Assembly: GCA_964388035.1 (NCBI GenBank)
Contig: CAYLZE010000002.1
Span: 98,141 to 146,907 of the forward strand
Length of the DNA stretch: 48,767 nt
Direction of reading: 5' to 3'
Origin: an uncultured archaeon
GTDB taxonomy: Archaea > Asgardarchaeota > Lokiarchaeia > Sigyniarchaeales > SOKP01
Shown one piece after another: positions 10,791 through 19,711 of the stretch (position 1 is the stretch's first letter; every line of letters begins with the position of its first letter). The notes under the pieces were generated by a model. It saw nothing but the letters and a program-made list of their open reading frames with translations. It was not told the DNA's origin and searched no databases. Both the position numbers and the translations under genes were made by a program.

Positions 10791-13436
10791 TTGAAACCAA
10801 AGGGAATCTTGAGTTTAAAAGGAGAAAAGTTAAGATGTGTTGCCATGCCACTTGGAGGTATTGGAACGGGGTCGATCGCTCTGGGAGGAGATGGTCTTTT
10901 AAAACAATGGCAAATCACTAACACCATAAAACATAACGCATTCGTTCCAAATAGTTTTTTTATGATAAGTGGTCAAATGGTAGGCAAGGAGAAATTTAAT
11001 CGCTTTACCAAAGCTCTATTTTGTCCGCACGTCCATGAGAGCCCCAAATTTATACCCGCCAAATCTGTATCAGATCATAAAATTACTGCAGCAATGAAAG
11101 AGATGTTCAAAACTCTCGAAGGAGTAGATGAAATTCAATTCGATGGGGAATATCCTTTAGCTTTTTTGAAATATAAAGACAATAAAATTCCATTAGAAAT
11201 TAATCTTACTGCATTCAATCCATTTATTCCCTTGGACAGTAAAAATTCAGGATTGCCTATAATCTTGTTTCAATTTGACTTAAAGAATGTTTCTGAAGAA
11301 CTTGTAGAATTCACATTAATTGGGAATCTTATGAATTTTATTGGGTGGGATGGTCTAAAAACACTACAAGGCAATGAAAATCCTTTATTTGGAGGAAATA
11401 CCAACATTCTCCGTCAAATTGGAGAATGGAAGGTATTACAGATGAAATCAAAGACCATTTTAAAGGCAGATAAACGATATGGAGATGTGAGCTTGGCAAT
11501 ATACGACGCAAATGCATTGAGCGTGGAAGCATGGGATGATTTACATGATTTTTGGACTAATCTCACGGAAAAAGGAAAATTAGTCGATACTATTAAGGAA
11601 GAGATGAGTCCTTTGGGAAAAACTTGGATGGGCAGTTTAGCGCAAAAATCAGTTCTAAAACCGGGTGAAAGCAACAAAATCACATTTTTAATTGCTTGGA
11701 ATTTTCCAAATCGGGTAGTAGACTGGTCTGATAGCACTCTCATGAACTATGGGCAGCTTCCCGACCTAAAAACGGAATTTTGGATTGGAAATAATTATAA
11801 TAATTGGTTTGGAAGCTCTTTAGATGTTGTAAATTATGTTAATAAAAATTGGGCATATCTGACGAGCAATACTTTTGCTTTTCATCATATCTTTTTCTCA
11901 ACAAATCTTCCCAGAGAAATTTTAACGAGCATCTCAGCAACAACCTCAACCTTGAGGTCTCCCACGTGTTTATGGATCCATGATGGAAGTTTTCATTCTT
12001 TTGAAGGGTGTTGCGGTGCTTCTACATCAAAATCTTTTGGAGGGAGTTGTCCCATGGATTGCACGCATGTTTGGAATTATGCTTTTAGTTTAGCATATTT
12101 TTTCCCTTCCTTGGAAAGAACCATGCGATATACCGAATTTAAGATGCAGCACGAAATGGGTTATTTACCCCATCGCTCGATCCTTCCTTTATATTTACCC
12201 CAATTAGAAATGACCAATGAAATGCCTCCTGCGATCGATGGGATGTTTGGAATGATCTTAAAAATATATAGAGATTATCTCATTACCGGTGATTATGATT
12301 TTCTTAAATTCTCATGGCCAAAAATTGCAGGATTAATGACCTATATTTTTTCATTTATCGATACAAAACAGGATGGAGTAATTTATCATTCTCAGCCAAA
12401 TACTTATGATTGCGAATTGAAAGGGCTGAATACGTTTATTGGAACACTCTATTTAATAACTCTTTTAGTTTGCGAACGAATTGCTCAAAAATTGGATTTA
12501 CCAAATTGGGCTATAAAATGTAGGAAAGCCCATGATGCAGGACGCAAGCTATTGGATAAAGAGTGTTGGAATGGCGAATACTATATCCAGAAATATAACG
12601 AGCAGAAAGTCTCCGAATACCAGTATGGGAGCGGATGCCATTCAGATCAGCTCATGGGACAATGGTGGGCTTTTAATTTGGGATTTGATTATATTCTACC
12701 TCCCGAACATGTTAATAAAGCCATTGAATCAATAGTAAAATATAATTTTAGGGATTCGTTTGAGGGAATTGAACAATTTCGATGTTTCGCATCCCCAACA
12801 GATTCGGGGCTATTAAATTGTACATGGCCAAAGGGTAATATACCAGAAGTTCCCATCAGATACACTAACGAAATTTGGACAGGTATTGAATATGAAGTTT
12901 CCGCTTTATGCTTTTATTCAGGAAGGTTGGAAGAAGGGTTTAAAATCATCCATGCGATCCGAGAACGATACGATGGTTCTCATCGAAATCCTTGGAATGA
13001 AGTCGAATGTGGGGATCATTATGTGAGAGCTATGTCTTCGTGGACCATGTTACGAGCTTTAACCAAGATGGAATATAACGTGGTATTAAAACGATTTAAG
13101 ATTGCGGCAAAAATGACCAAAGAACCCTTTATTGCATTTTTCATTACGGGTACTGCTTGGGGACAAGCCCTTCAATCTTTTTTAAATAACACATTTACAT
13201 TAATCTTAACCATTTCTTTTGGAAAAATAGATATAAATTCCATTATTATAGATGAATTATACGGAATATCTCCTGATAAAGTTTGTCTTAAAATTAAAGA
13301 TTTATTGAAAGGGAAGCAAGAAATACTTGATACTACTCTCTCCACGAGAACTGCAGGGGTTGAAATTATTCCAAAAATGCCGATTAATGTGAAAGAAGGG
13401 TTTGAATTATTAATTGAATTAACCTCCAAAATCTAA
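10791..13436 (+). CDS. GH116 glycoside hydrolase (non-lysosomal glucosylceramidase/GBA2-like)
   Basis: AMPLGGIGTGSI, FNPFIP..SGLP, CTHVWNY, PNTYD, DQLMGQW, EIWTGIEY and NPWNEVECGDHYVRAMSSW motifs. Confidence 0.93.
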   Translation: MKPKGILSLKGEKLRCVAMPLGGIGTGSIALGGDGLLKQWQITNTIKHNAFVPNSFFMISGQMVGKEKFNRFTKALFCPHVHESPKFIPAKSVSDHKITAAMKEMFKTLEGVDEIQFDGEYPLAFLKYKDNKIPLEINLTAFNPFIPLDSKNSGLPIILFQFDLKNVSEELVEFTLIGNLMNFIGWDGLKTLQGNENPLFGGNTNILRQIGEWKVLQMKSKTILKADKRYGDVSLAIYDANALSVEAWDDLHDFWTNLTEKGKLVDTIKEEMSPLGKTWMGSLAQKSVLKPGESNKITFLIAWNFPNRVVDWSDSTLMNYGQLPDLKTEFWIGNNYNNWFGSSLDVVNYVNKNWAYLTSNTFAFHHIFFSTNLPREILTSISATTSTLRSPTCLWIHDGSFHSFEGCCGASTSKSFGGSCPMDCTHVWNYAFSLAYFFPSLERTMRYTEFKMQHEMGYLPHRSILPLYLPQLEMTNEMPPAIDGMFGMILKIYRDYLITGDYDFLKFSWPKIAGLMTYIFSFIDTKQDGVIYHSQPNTYDCELKGLNTFIGTLYLITLLVCERIAQKLDLPNWAIKCRKAHDAGRKLLDKECWNGEYYIQKYNEQKVSEYQYGSGCHSDQLMGQWWAFNLGFDYILPPEHVNKAIESIVKYNFRDSFEGIEQFRCFASPTDSGLLNCTWPKGNIPEVPIRYTNEIWTGIEYEVSALCFYSGRLEEGFKIIHAIRERYDGSHRNPWNEVECGDHYVRAMSSWTMLRALTKMEYNVVLKRFKIAAKMTKEPFIAFFITGTAWGQALQSFLNNTFTLILTISFGKIDINSIIIDELYGISPDKVCLKIKDLLKGKQEILDTTLSTRTAGVEIIPKMPINVKEGFELLIELTSKI

Positions 13437-13519
13437 ATACACCAAATTGAGTTCTAATCTATTAGAAATACAATGGAGCAATACGCTGTTTTTTATTTAA
13501 TTTCTTTTGAAAAGGAAAT
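13024..13519 (+). repeat. Direct repeat copy A (GH116 3' end plus downstream intergenic DNA)
   Basis: Aligns with 14333-14829: about 81% identity over the first ~127 bp and 97/99 over the last 99 bp (manual count). Confidence 0.92.
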
Positions 13520-13534
13520 AAGTGTCGAAGAACT

Positions 13535-13717
13535 GACGGGTTCTCGCACATTGTCTCATAGATAAAATGAAAGGCGCCTACATATCTCTTTTTTTATAAT
13601 TGGCTCGTAACTAATCGGATCTGAAAAAGAAGTTTGAAATTAATCAATTCCCTTTCCAATATTCACTTTTATTGCCACTTGATATCTCTTTTTGATAACT
13701 TCTTCCGCAATTATTTT
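13535..13717 (-). pseudogene. Degenerate internal fragment of the DUF362 gene (copy of ~15595-15781)
   Basis: Shared blocks such as CCAATATTCACTTTTAT and TTTGATAACTTCTTCCGCA, with small indels. Confidence 0.85.
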
Positions 13718-13815
13718 AGGGATTCATAAATAACCAAAAATTCAAGAATTAAACAAATTTAATTTCATCTGTGGTATGGATTAAATATTTATTGAATTGC
13801 TACTTAATAAAATCA

Positions 13816-14043
13816 ATGGATTTTAATTATGATAAGATGGCAGATGCGCTTTACATTCGGTTTTCGGGTGAAAAAGTCTTAAATTCAGATGAAATCGCAA
13901 GCGGAATTATTATCGATTATGGTAAGAAAAATAATATTATCGGTGTCGAAATATTGAATTTTAATAACCGAAACCTTAACCTTAATGACCTTGTACAAAT
14001 GAGTGTGGAAGAATTAATACCGAGACTAGCAAAATGTCAATAA
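13816..14043 (+). CDS. DUF2283 family protein (predicted antitoxin)
   Basis: YDKMADALYIRF...IIIDY...IIGVEIL signature; the ATG at 13816 is the likely start. Confidence 0.88.
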   Translation: MDFNYDKMADALYIRFSGEKVLNSDEIASGIIIDYGKKNNIIGVEILNFNNRNLNLNDLVQMSVEELIPRLAKCQ

Positions 14044-14270
14044 GGTTCACTAAACATTCTTTAGAACGAATGAGGATTAGAGATATTACAAAAGAAGAAA
14101 TTATCGATGTAATCGTTAATCCCGATAAAAAATTAAATGATTCTTCAGGAAATATCATTGTTCATAAATTAAAAAAGAATTATCTCTTACGAGTTTTTTA
14201 TTATAATGAAGAAGGATCTAATGTAGTCATTACTGCATACAAAACATCTAAAATTGATAAATATATATAA
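14034..14270 (+). CDS. DUF4258 family protein (predicted RelE-like toxin)
   Basis: FTKHSLERMRIRDI...LLRVFY...VVITAY; overlaps the DUF2283 gene by 10 nt. Confidence 0.85.
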   Translation: MSIRFTKHSLERMRIRDITKEEIIDVIVNPDKKLNDSSGNIIVHKLKKNYLLRVFYYNEEGSNVVITAYKTSKIDKYI

Positions 14271-14332
14271 CTTTAATTTATTTAAATTTAGGCTCTACTT
14301 CTAAAGAATATTGTGAAACGGTTAGACATTGC

Positions 14333-14829
14333 TGAGAGCAATGTCTTCATAGACCATTTTACAAGCTTTAACCAAAACGGACTATGACGTAGTATTAAAG
14401 TGATTTAAGATTGTAGCAATAACAACTAAAAAACCCTTTTCTGGGTTTTTCGTTACGGGTACTGCTTGGGGACAAGTTCTTCAATCCTTTTTAAATTACA
14501 CATTTATCTTTATCTTAACCGTTTCTTTTGGAGAAGTGGATATAAATTCCTTTATAATAGATGAATTATACGGAATATCTCCTGATAAGGTTTGTCTTAA
14601 AATTAAAAATTTATTGAGTGGGAAGCAAGAAATACTTGATATTACTCTCTTCACGAGAACAGCTGGGGTTGAAATTATCCCAAAAATGCTGATTAATGTG
14701 AAAGAAGGGTTTGAATTATTGGTTGAATTAAACCTCCAAAATCTAAATACACCAAATTGAGTTCTAATCTATTAGAAATACAATGGAGCAATACGCTGTT
14801 GTTTATTTAATTTCTTTTGAAAATGAAAT
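14333..14829 (+). pseudogene. Direct repeat copy B: truncated GH116 3'-end duplicate (includes ORF 14536-14760)
   Basis: Has TGG>TAG and CGA>TGA stops and a 1-nt insertion near the end relative to copy A. Confidence 0.92.
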
Positions 14830-14875
14830 CAATTCGATTTTATGACCAGTGCTCTTAAATAATATATATTGAAGA

Positions 14876-15943
14876 CTAGTTTTCAAAAAATTCTCGATTT
14901 ACCCATGTAAATAAAGATTCCATTCGGGGAAATAACCATATTTGAAAATGATGGGGAAGGAAATATTGCATGTACAGTGCAGATTTCCAAAAGTTTACTT
15001 TATTATAATCCATCGATTCATTTCTTATCTTTTTCAAGATTTCTTCACGCGGCCAACTCGAATCCGGATGCAGCTTATAATCCAGTTTTTTTTCCTTTAA
15101 ATTTATCTTGCAATATTTTATGTATTCAAATGGATATCCCAATAATTCGGATGCAACTTTATCTCCTCTTAGCATGTCTTTGGATACGATCATCCGATTG
15201 AATTCCACGGGATACATAAAATGGGGTCCCACCCCCGTACCCACATTAAAGGTAGCTAATATGTTCAAATCGGGTGTCATTATCCTGGCAGCGGCTGCTA
15301 CCACTTTATCAATCCTGGAATATTTCCGGTGATACTTCGACTTTTTAAATTCTGCAATGGCCCCATACATGTTTTTTTGATTAGCCGTCAAGCCACATTC
15401 CCAATGATGCTTGGGAGGAGCAAAACTGATTATTTTAACTTCGGGTTTAAGTAGAATCTCAGGTAGTTTTAGAGAGACATCAAGATCACGGCACTTCATA
15501 TCAACAGTTGAATATTCGGATAAATTTACGAATTTACAACCGGTCTTTCTACATAGTTCATTATACCCTCGAACATCGAGAAGTTTCTTAGACATGACAC
15601 GTGCCCGCATATTAGCCTCACAAATAAAGGGAGTAGCACTCATCTCTCTTACTTTCTTTATTATTGCTTCACAAATAATGGGATCAGAAAAAGAAGTTGA
15701 AATATAATCAATTCCTCCTCCAATATTCACTTTTATCGCCACTCGATCTCCTGGTTTGATAACTTCTTCCGCATTTATTTTTTCAAATGCTTCTGATACT
15801 TGCCCGTAAAGGCGGTCATTATCCTGAATTTCTTGGATTAACACCAATTTATCCTCTTTCAATACTTCATGAACTTTTTCAATACCCCTTAAATACCCAT
15901 CTTCTTGAAAGATAGAATATCTTTCGGTATCATATTTCATCAT
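14876..15943 (-). CDS. DUF362 family protein (putative Fe-S protein)
   Basis: IKPGDRVAIKVN, PKHH...LTANQKNMYG, GVGP and D.VASELLGY motifs. Confidence 0.8.
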   Translation of the reverse strand: MMKYDTERYSIFQEDGYLRGIEKVHEVLKEDKLVLIQEIQDNDRLYGQVSEAFEKINAEEVIKPGDRVAIKVNIGGGIDYISTSFSDPIICEAIIKKVREMSATPFICEANMRARVMSKKLLDVRGYNELCRKTGCKFVNLSEYSTVDMKCRDLDVSLKLPEILLKPEVKIISFAPPKHHWECGLTANQKNMYGAIAEFKKSKYHRKYSRIDKVVAAAARIMTPDLNILATFNVGTGVGPHFMYPVEFNRMIVSKDMLRGDKVASELLGYPFEYIKYCKINLKEKKLDYKLHPDSSWPREEILKKIRNESMDYNKVNFWKSALYMQYFLPHHFQIWLFPRMESLFTWVNREFFEN

Positions 15944-16112
15944 AATGGTGAATTCCTTCCTTTAAATGTATTCTTAAGGATATCCTAAAGAAGATCTTAC
16001 AAGTGAATTTTATTCTTTAGATAATGATCCTTCGTTCCATACTTCATTATATATATTTAGTCAGTCTATTTAATATTTTATAATAGCTTTGAGTTTAGCA
16101 TCGGGAAAAAAA

Positions 16113-16929
16113 ATGAACATAGCACAGACAGTGAATCTTATCAAGCAAATTATCGCTATCATAAAATTCCTCTTCAAGAGTGAGTAGTATCGTTATAGAA
16201 TTAATTTATATTGTAGTTGAAGTAGAAACGTTTGACCATGATCCTTTTTTAGGATTAGCTCACACCACTCCCGAAATCTTAAAGGATATAAAATCTAATC
16301 AATTGGAATTTGCGGTAAACCTCACGGATATCTCTCTAACCACGCTCATGGAATGGGGTCATGGAACGCCAGGCTTGAAAAAAGTAATTGGGATAGCAAC
16401 CTTGAATGCACTCTCCCAACATGTTTTAGAAATCAAAAATCCCCATGAATTTTTATAAATTTCCCTCTTAAGAGAATTGAATCTTAGCAAGAATTAAAAC
16501 ATGCTCTTTATTGGGTTTATCAAGCATTTAATCGATAAGATCTTGAAAATTACAAATAAAATAATAATTGTGGATCATGATGTTGGGAAATTCATCGAAT
16601 ATAAAAACCTTAATATCAAACGAGATCTTGCGGAATTATCGCCCTGAGATCTCAAGGTAGATGTCTTGATATGTACGGGAACCACCATTGTAAATGATAT
16701 TATTGAGCAGATTCCCCATACATTCAAGAATCATGCTCAAAAGATTGTAATCTTAGATCCCTCTTCTAGCATTATTCCTGATATATTATTTGATAGGGGT
16801 GTTGATATCGTAGGAGGAATGAAAATAGTAGATTCCAAAAAGGTCCTAACAGTGATCGAGCAAGGAGGGGGCAGGAAGTTTTTCAAACAGCATGGAAAGA
16901 AGTATTTTTTAAAGAAAACCCCATTTTAA
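16113..16929 (+). pseudogene. DUF364 (Rossmann-like, putative heavy-metal chelation) pseudogene
   Basis: ORFs 16180-16458 and 16666-16929 share a frame, separated by TAA, TAA and TGA; an N-terminal frameshift lies near 16150. Motifs: GIATLNALSQ, CTGTTIVN, GVDIVGG. Confidence 0.8.
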
Positions 16930-17017
16930 AGTACAATCTCTCGGTTTAATTTCATGCAATTTTATTCCGAATATTATAAATTTATAAAGAAGTTTTGAGG
17001 TAACATAATTAATTGAT

Positions 17018-17563
17018 ATGAATGGAATCGCAAATGTAAAGTGGAAGTTCAAAATCGTGATTATTGGTCCCGGTGCAGTCGGAAAGACGAGTATTATTCA
17101 AAGATTTGTTCATAATAATTTCTCAATTAGTTATAAGCTCACAATAGGCGTGGATTTTATGACTACGGATGTAGAATACAATAAAGGAGAGCTTGCAAGA
17201 TTGACAATTTGGGATATTGGAGGACAAGAAAGGTATCGCTTTCTCCGCGATAGCTTTTTTGATCAATCAAACGGAGCACTTTTAGTGTTTGACCTTACCA
17301 GAGAAAAAACTTTTGGAGAGATAAAAGAATGGCTCGAGGAACTGCGGAAGTATGCATTTCAGGAGATACCCTTTATTTTAGTTGGAAATAAGTCCGATTT
17401 ATTGCCAGATTTAGGAGAAGTCTTAGACCGAGAAGAGGCAAAAAAATTTGCAGAACAAGAAGGGGGAATATATATCGAAACTTCCGCAAAAACTGGCGAC
17501 AATATTGAAAATGCTTTTTTAGAATTAACAAGAGTTATTATAAAAACTAAACCGCATTTTTAA
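17018..17563 (+). CDS. Rab-like small GTPase (eukaryotic signature protein)
   Basis: G1 GPGAVGKT, TIGVDF, G3 WDIGGQE, G4 NKSD, G5 ETSAK; no C-terminal prenylation Cys. Confidence 0.95.
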   Translation: MNGIANVKWKFKIVIIGPGAVGKTSIIQRFVHNNFSISYKLTIGVDFMTTDVEYNKGELARLTIWDIGGQERYRFLRDSFFDQSNGALLVFDLTREKTFGEIKEWLEELRKYAFQEIPFILVGNKSDLLPDLGEVLDREEAKKFAEQEGGIYIETSAKTGDNIENAFLELTRVIIKTKPHF

Positions 17564-17671
17564 ATCAGTTAGAAAAAAGTTCAAGCTCAAAAATCATGGT
17601 TAAAAAAAAGGAAAAAATATTGTTTATTTACCTTTTACTGTTTTTTTTTAATTCTTTCTTGATGTTATCTA

Positions 17672-17779
17672 TTAGATAAAAAGTGTAAGAATAATTAGTA
17701 AGATAAAGGAAACGGATGCAATAAAGAGTCCAATCCAATAGATCTTTTTAATAATATCCCATTTTTTTTCGCTTTCCAA
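17672..17779 (-). CDS. Putative 35-aa single-TM microprotein (not in ORF track)
   Basis: TTG start; MESEKKWDIIKKIYWIGLFIASVSFILLIILTLFI*. Confidence 0.5.
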   Translation of the reverse strand: MESEKKWDIIKKIYWIGLFIASVSFILLIILTLFI

Positions 17780-17802
17780 TCTGATCAACTCTCATCATTA
17801 AA

Positions 17803-17943
17803 TTAAATGAAAAAATGATATCCGTATAATATTAGCGGCAAGAGAGTAAAGAATCCGATGATGATCATCACGATTAATTCCAAGAATCTCATGTTCTTAT
17901 TCCCCACTTCATTCTTCATCTCTGGTTTCAAGTCTTCAGACAT
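17803..17943 (-). CDS. Putative 46-aa single-TM microprotein (not in ORF track)
   Basis: MSEDLKPEMKNEVGNKNMRFLELIVMIIIGFFTLLPLILYGYHFFI*; its ATG overlaps the upstream stop (ATGTCTGA), suggesting translational coupling. Confidence 0.6.
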   Translation of the reverse strand: MSEDLKPEMKNEVGNKNMRFLELIVMIIIGFFTLLPLILYGYHFFI

Positions 17944-19441
17944 TTATACCTTCCACCTCATTTGCATATTCTATTAATCCAGAAGCACTAAATTTCGCCA
18001 TACATATTTCCGTTGCAGAATAAAATGCTAATCCCACGATCCATGGTAAGTCGTGATTGACGGGATTCGTATAATAGCTCACGTATACTTCTCCGTCTTT
18101 AACCACGACTCCAGTATAAGCGGTGTCTCCATCGCTGGGTAAATCAAAAAGATAGACAAGCCGATCTTCTTTTACCTCGTATATGGCAGTTCTTTTCTTA
18201 GCCACGTGATTTCCCATATCTATTCTGGGGCCCAAATGATCCCTTCCCGCAACAAATGTCCTTCCGTTAACAATGAACATGGTGCCACCATCCAATCGGG
18301 TTTGAAAATCAGGAGCATAAGACCAATCTTGCAAGTTATTATAAGATGTTGCGATAATAGTTCCCCCCGAAGGATTTCCAAATATATATCCCGACATGCT
18401 ACTCATTGCTCCAACCCGTAGTGTGGCTCTTATTTCTCCATTGGGTAAGAATTCGAAGGTGGGCTCCTCACCGGCATGTGCACTGTATATTAAGGAATGC
18501 TCTCTCCAATTCACTCCGTCTCTGCTACTAATGAGAATGGTCATTGGTGATTCTTCCTTAATGCTCCTGAATGCTATACAGTACCAAATTCTATTATCTT
18601 TTGTGAGGGGGCGCTGACGACCAAAAACCCAGTTTCCTTCCAGCTTTACACCGTCATCATAATTAACTGAAATATAAACTTGCTCAGGTGTCGTCCATGT
18701 TTTCCCATCTACTGAAGTGCAATAATATGTTTCGTTGGGTTCGGGATCAAAGAGATAATTCGGTAAGAAGTAGCAGAATAATCTTCCATTAATTTCTGTT
18801 AGGAGCGGATCTCTCACGTCATTTTGTCCAGGACCTTTAATCGAGGCCATTTTCTCCCAAGAACCTTCCGATGCATCTAAAGAACGAGCTATTACAATTT
18901 CTCCATTTTTATCCTGAAGATGCCATTTTGAATTTTGATAAGCTAAGTAAAAATAACCGTGAAAATAAAACAATTTGGTGTTTGATTTATGAATTTTATC
19001 CAATCCGTTCCCTGGTGGTAGACCACTGGAAGGCACGGCTGTCCACGTCTGTAAATTGAGTCTTTCATCTGTTTGAAAGGAAGGAGGTAATCGCACGTAA
19101 TAATAAAATAGTAATACCCCTAATAAGGAATTTAGGGTGATAAAAATGGCGAAAATGAATACAATTACCTTGCTTCCTATTCGGATGGAGGACACTTTCA
19201 TTCCACCTGTCGTTTCCTTAACATGGAACACTTTTTTCAGGAATTTATAGAGAAAGGATAAAATTCCCGCGCACATGATAAGAGCAAATATGATAGTACC
19301 GAAGAGAGGGATTTCATAACCGACATTTAACGTTCCTGCGATGCCCAGGATAATGAGAAGGATGATGCCAATAAACATTAGCTTCAAGGATTTATCATAT
19401 TCTGAATAAAACTTTTTTAACGTATCTTTAAAATTTTCCAC
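17936..19441 (-). CDS. Membrane-anchored Asp-box (BNR) beta-propeller, sialidase-like glycoside hydrolase
   Basis: Three N-terminal TM helices; Asp-box-like motifs SVDGKTW, SRDGVNW and SYNNLQDW; DVRDP and GDTAY motifs. Confidence 0.75.
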   Translation of the reverse strand: MENFKDTLKKFYSEYDKSLKLMFIGIILLIILGIAGTLNVGYEIPLFGTIIFALIMCAGILSFLYKFLKKVFHVKETTGGMKVSSIRIGSKVIVFIFAIFITLNSLLGVLLFYYYVRLPPSFQTDERLNLQTWTAVPSSGLPPGNGLDKIHKSNTKLFYFHGYFYLAYQNSKWHLQDKNGEIVIARSLDASEGSWEKMASIKGPGQNDVRDPLLTEINGRLFCYFLPNYLFDPEPNETYYCTSVDGKTWTTPEQVYISVNYDDGVKLEGNWVFGRQRPLTKDNRIWYCIAFRSIKEESPMTILISSRDGVNWREHSLIYSAHAGEEPTFEFLPNGEIRATLRVGAMSSMSGYIFGNPSGGTIIATSYNNLQDWSYAPDFQTRLDGGTMFIVNGRTFVAGRDHLGPRIDMGNHVAKKRTAIYEVKEDRLVYLFDLPSDGDTAYTGVVVKDGEVYVSYYTNPVNHDLPWIVGLAFYSATEICMAKFSASGLIEYANEVEGINV

Positions 19442-19711
19442 TATGATATTCTCCGTTAGGTTTTTTTTAATAAAGTATGTTGTAAATAGTTGGTTTCAAA
19501 ACTATATAAATCTTATTTTATTACAATTTATTTTAAGGATTTGCGATTATTGTGTAAAATTTTATTCTTCAAGGAAAGAAAAATTAAAATTTTTAAAATG
19601 TATTAAAATTGGGCAATAGATTTAATTCATTCATTAACTGACCGCAAAATTTGAGAAGATAATAACTAAAAAAGATAATAATTAAAAAGGAGAGAAAAAA
19701 AAAAGGAGGAT

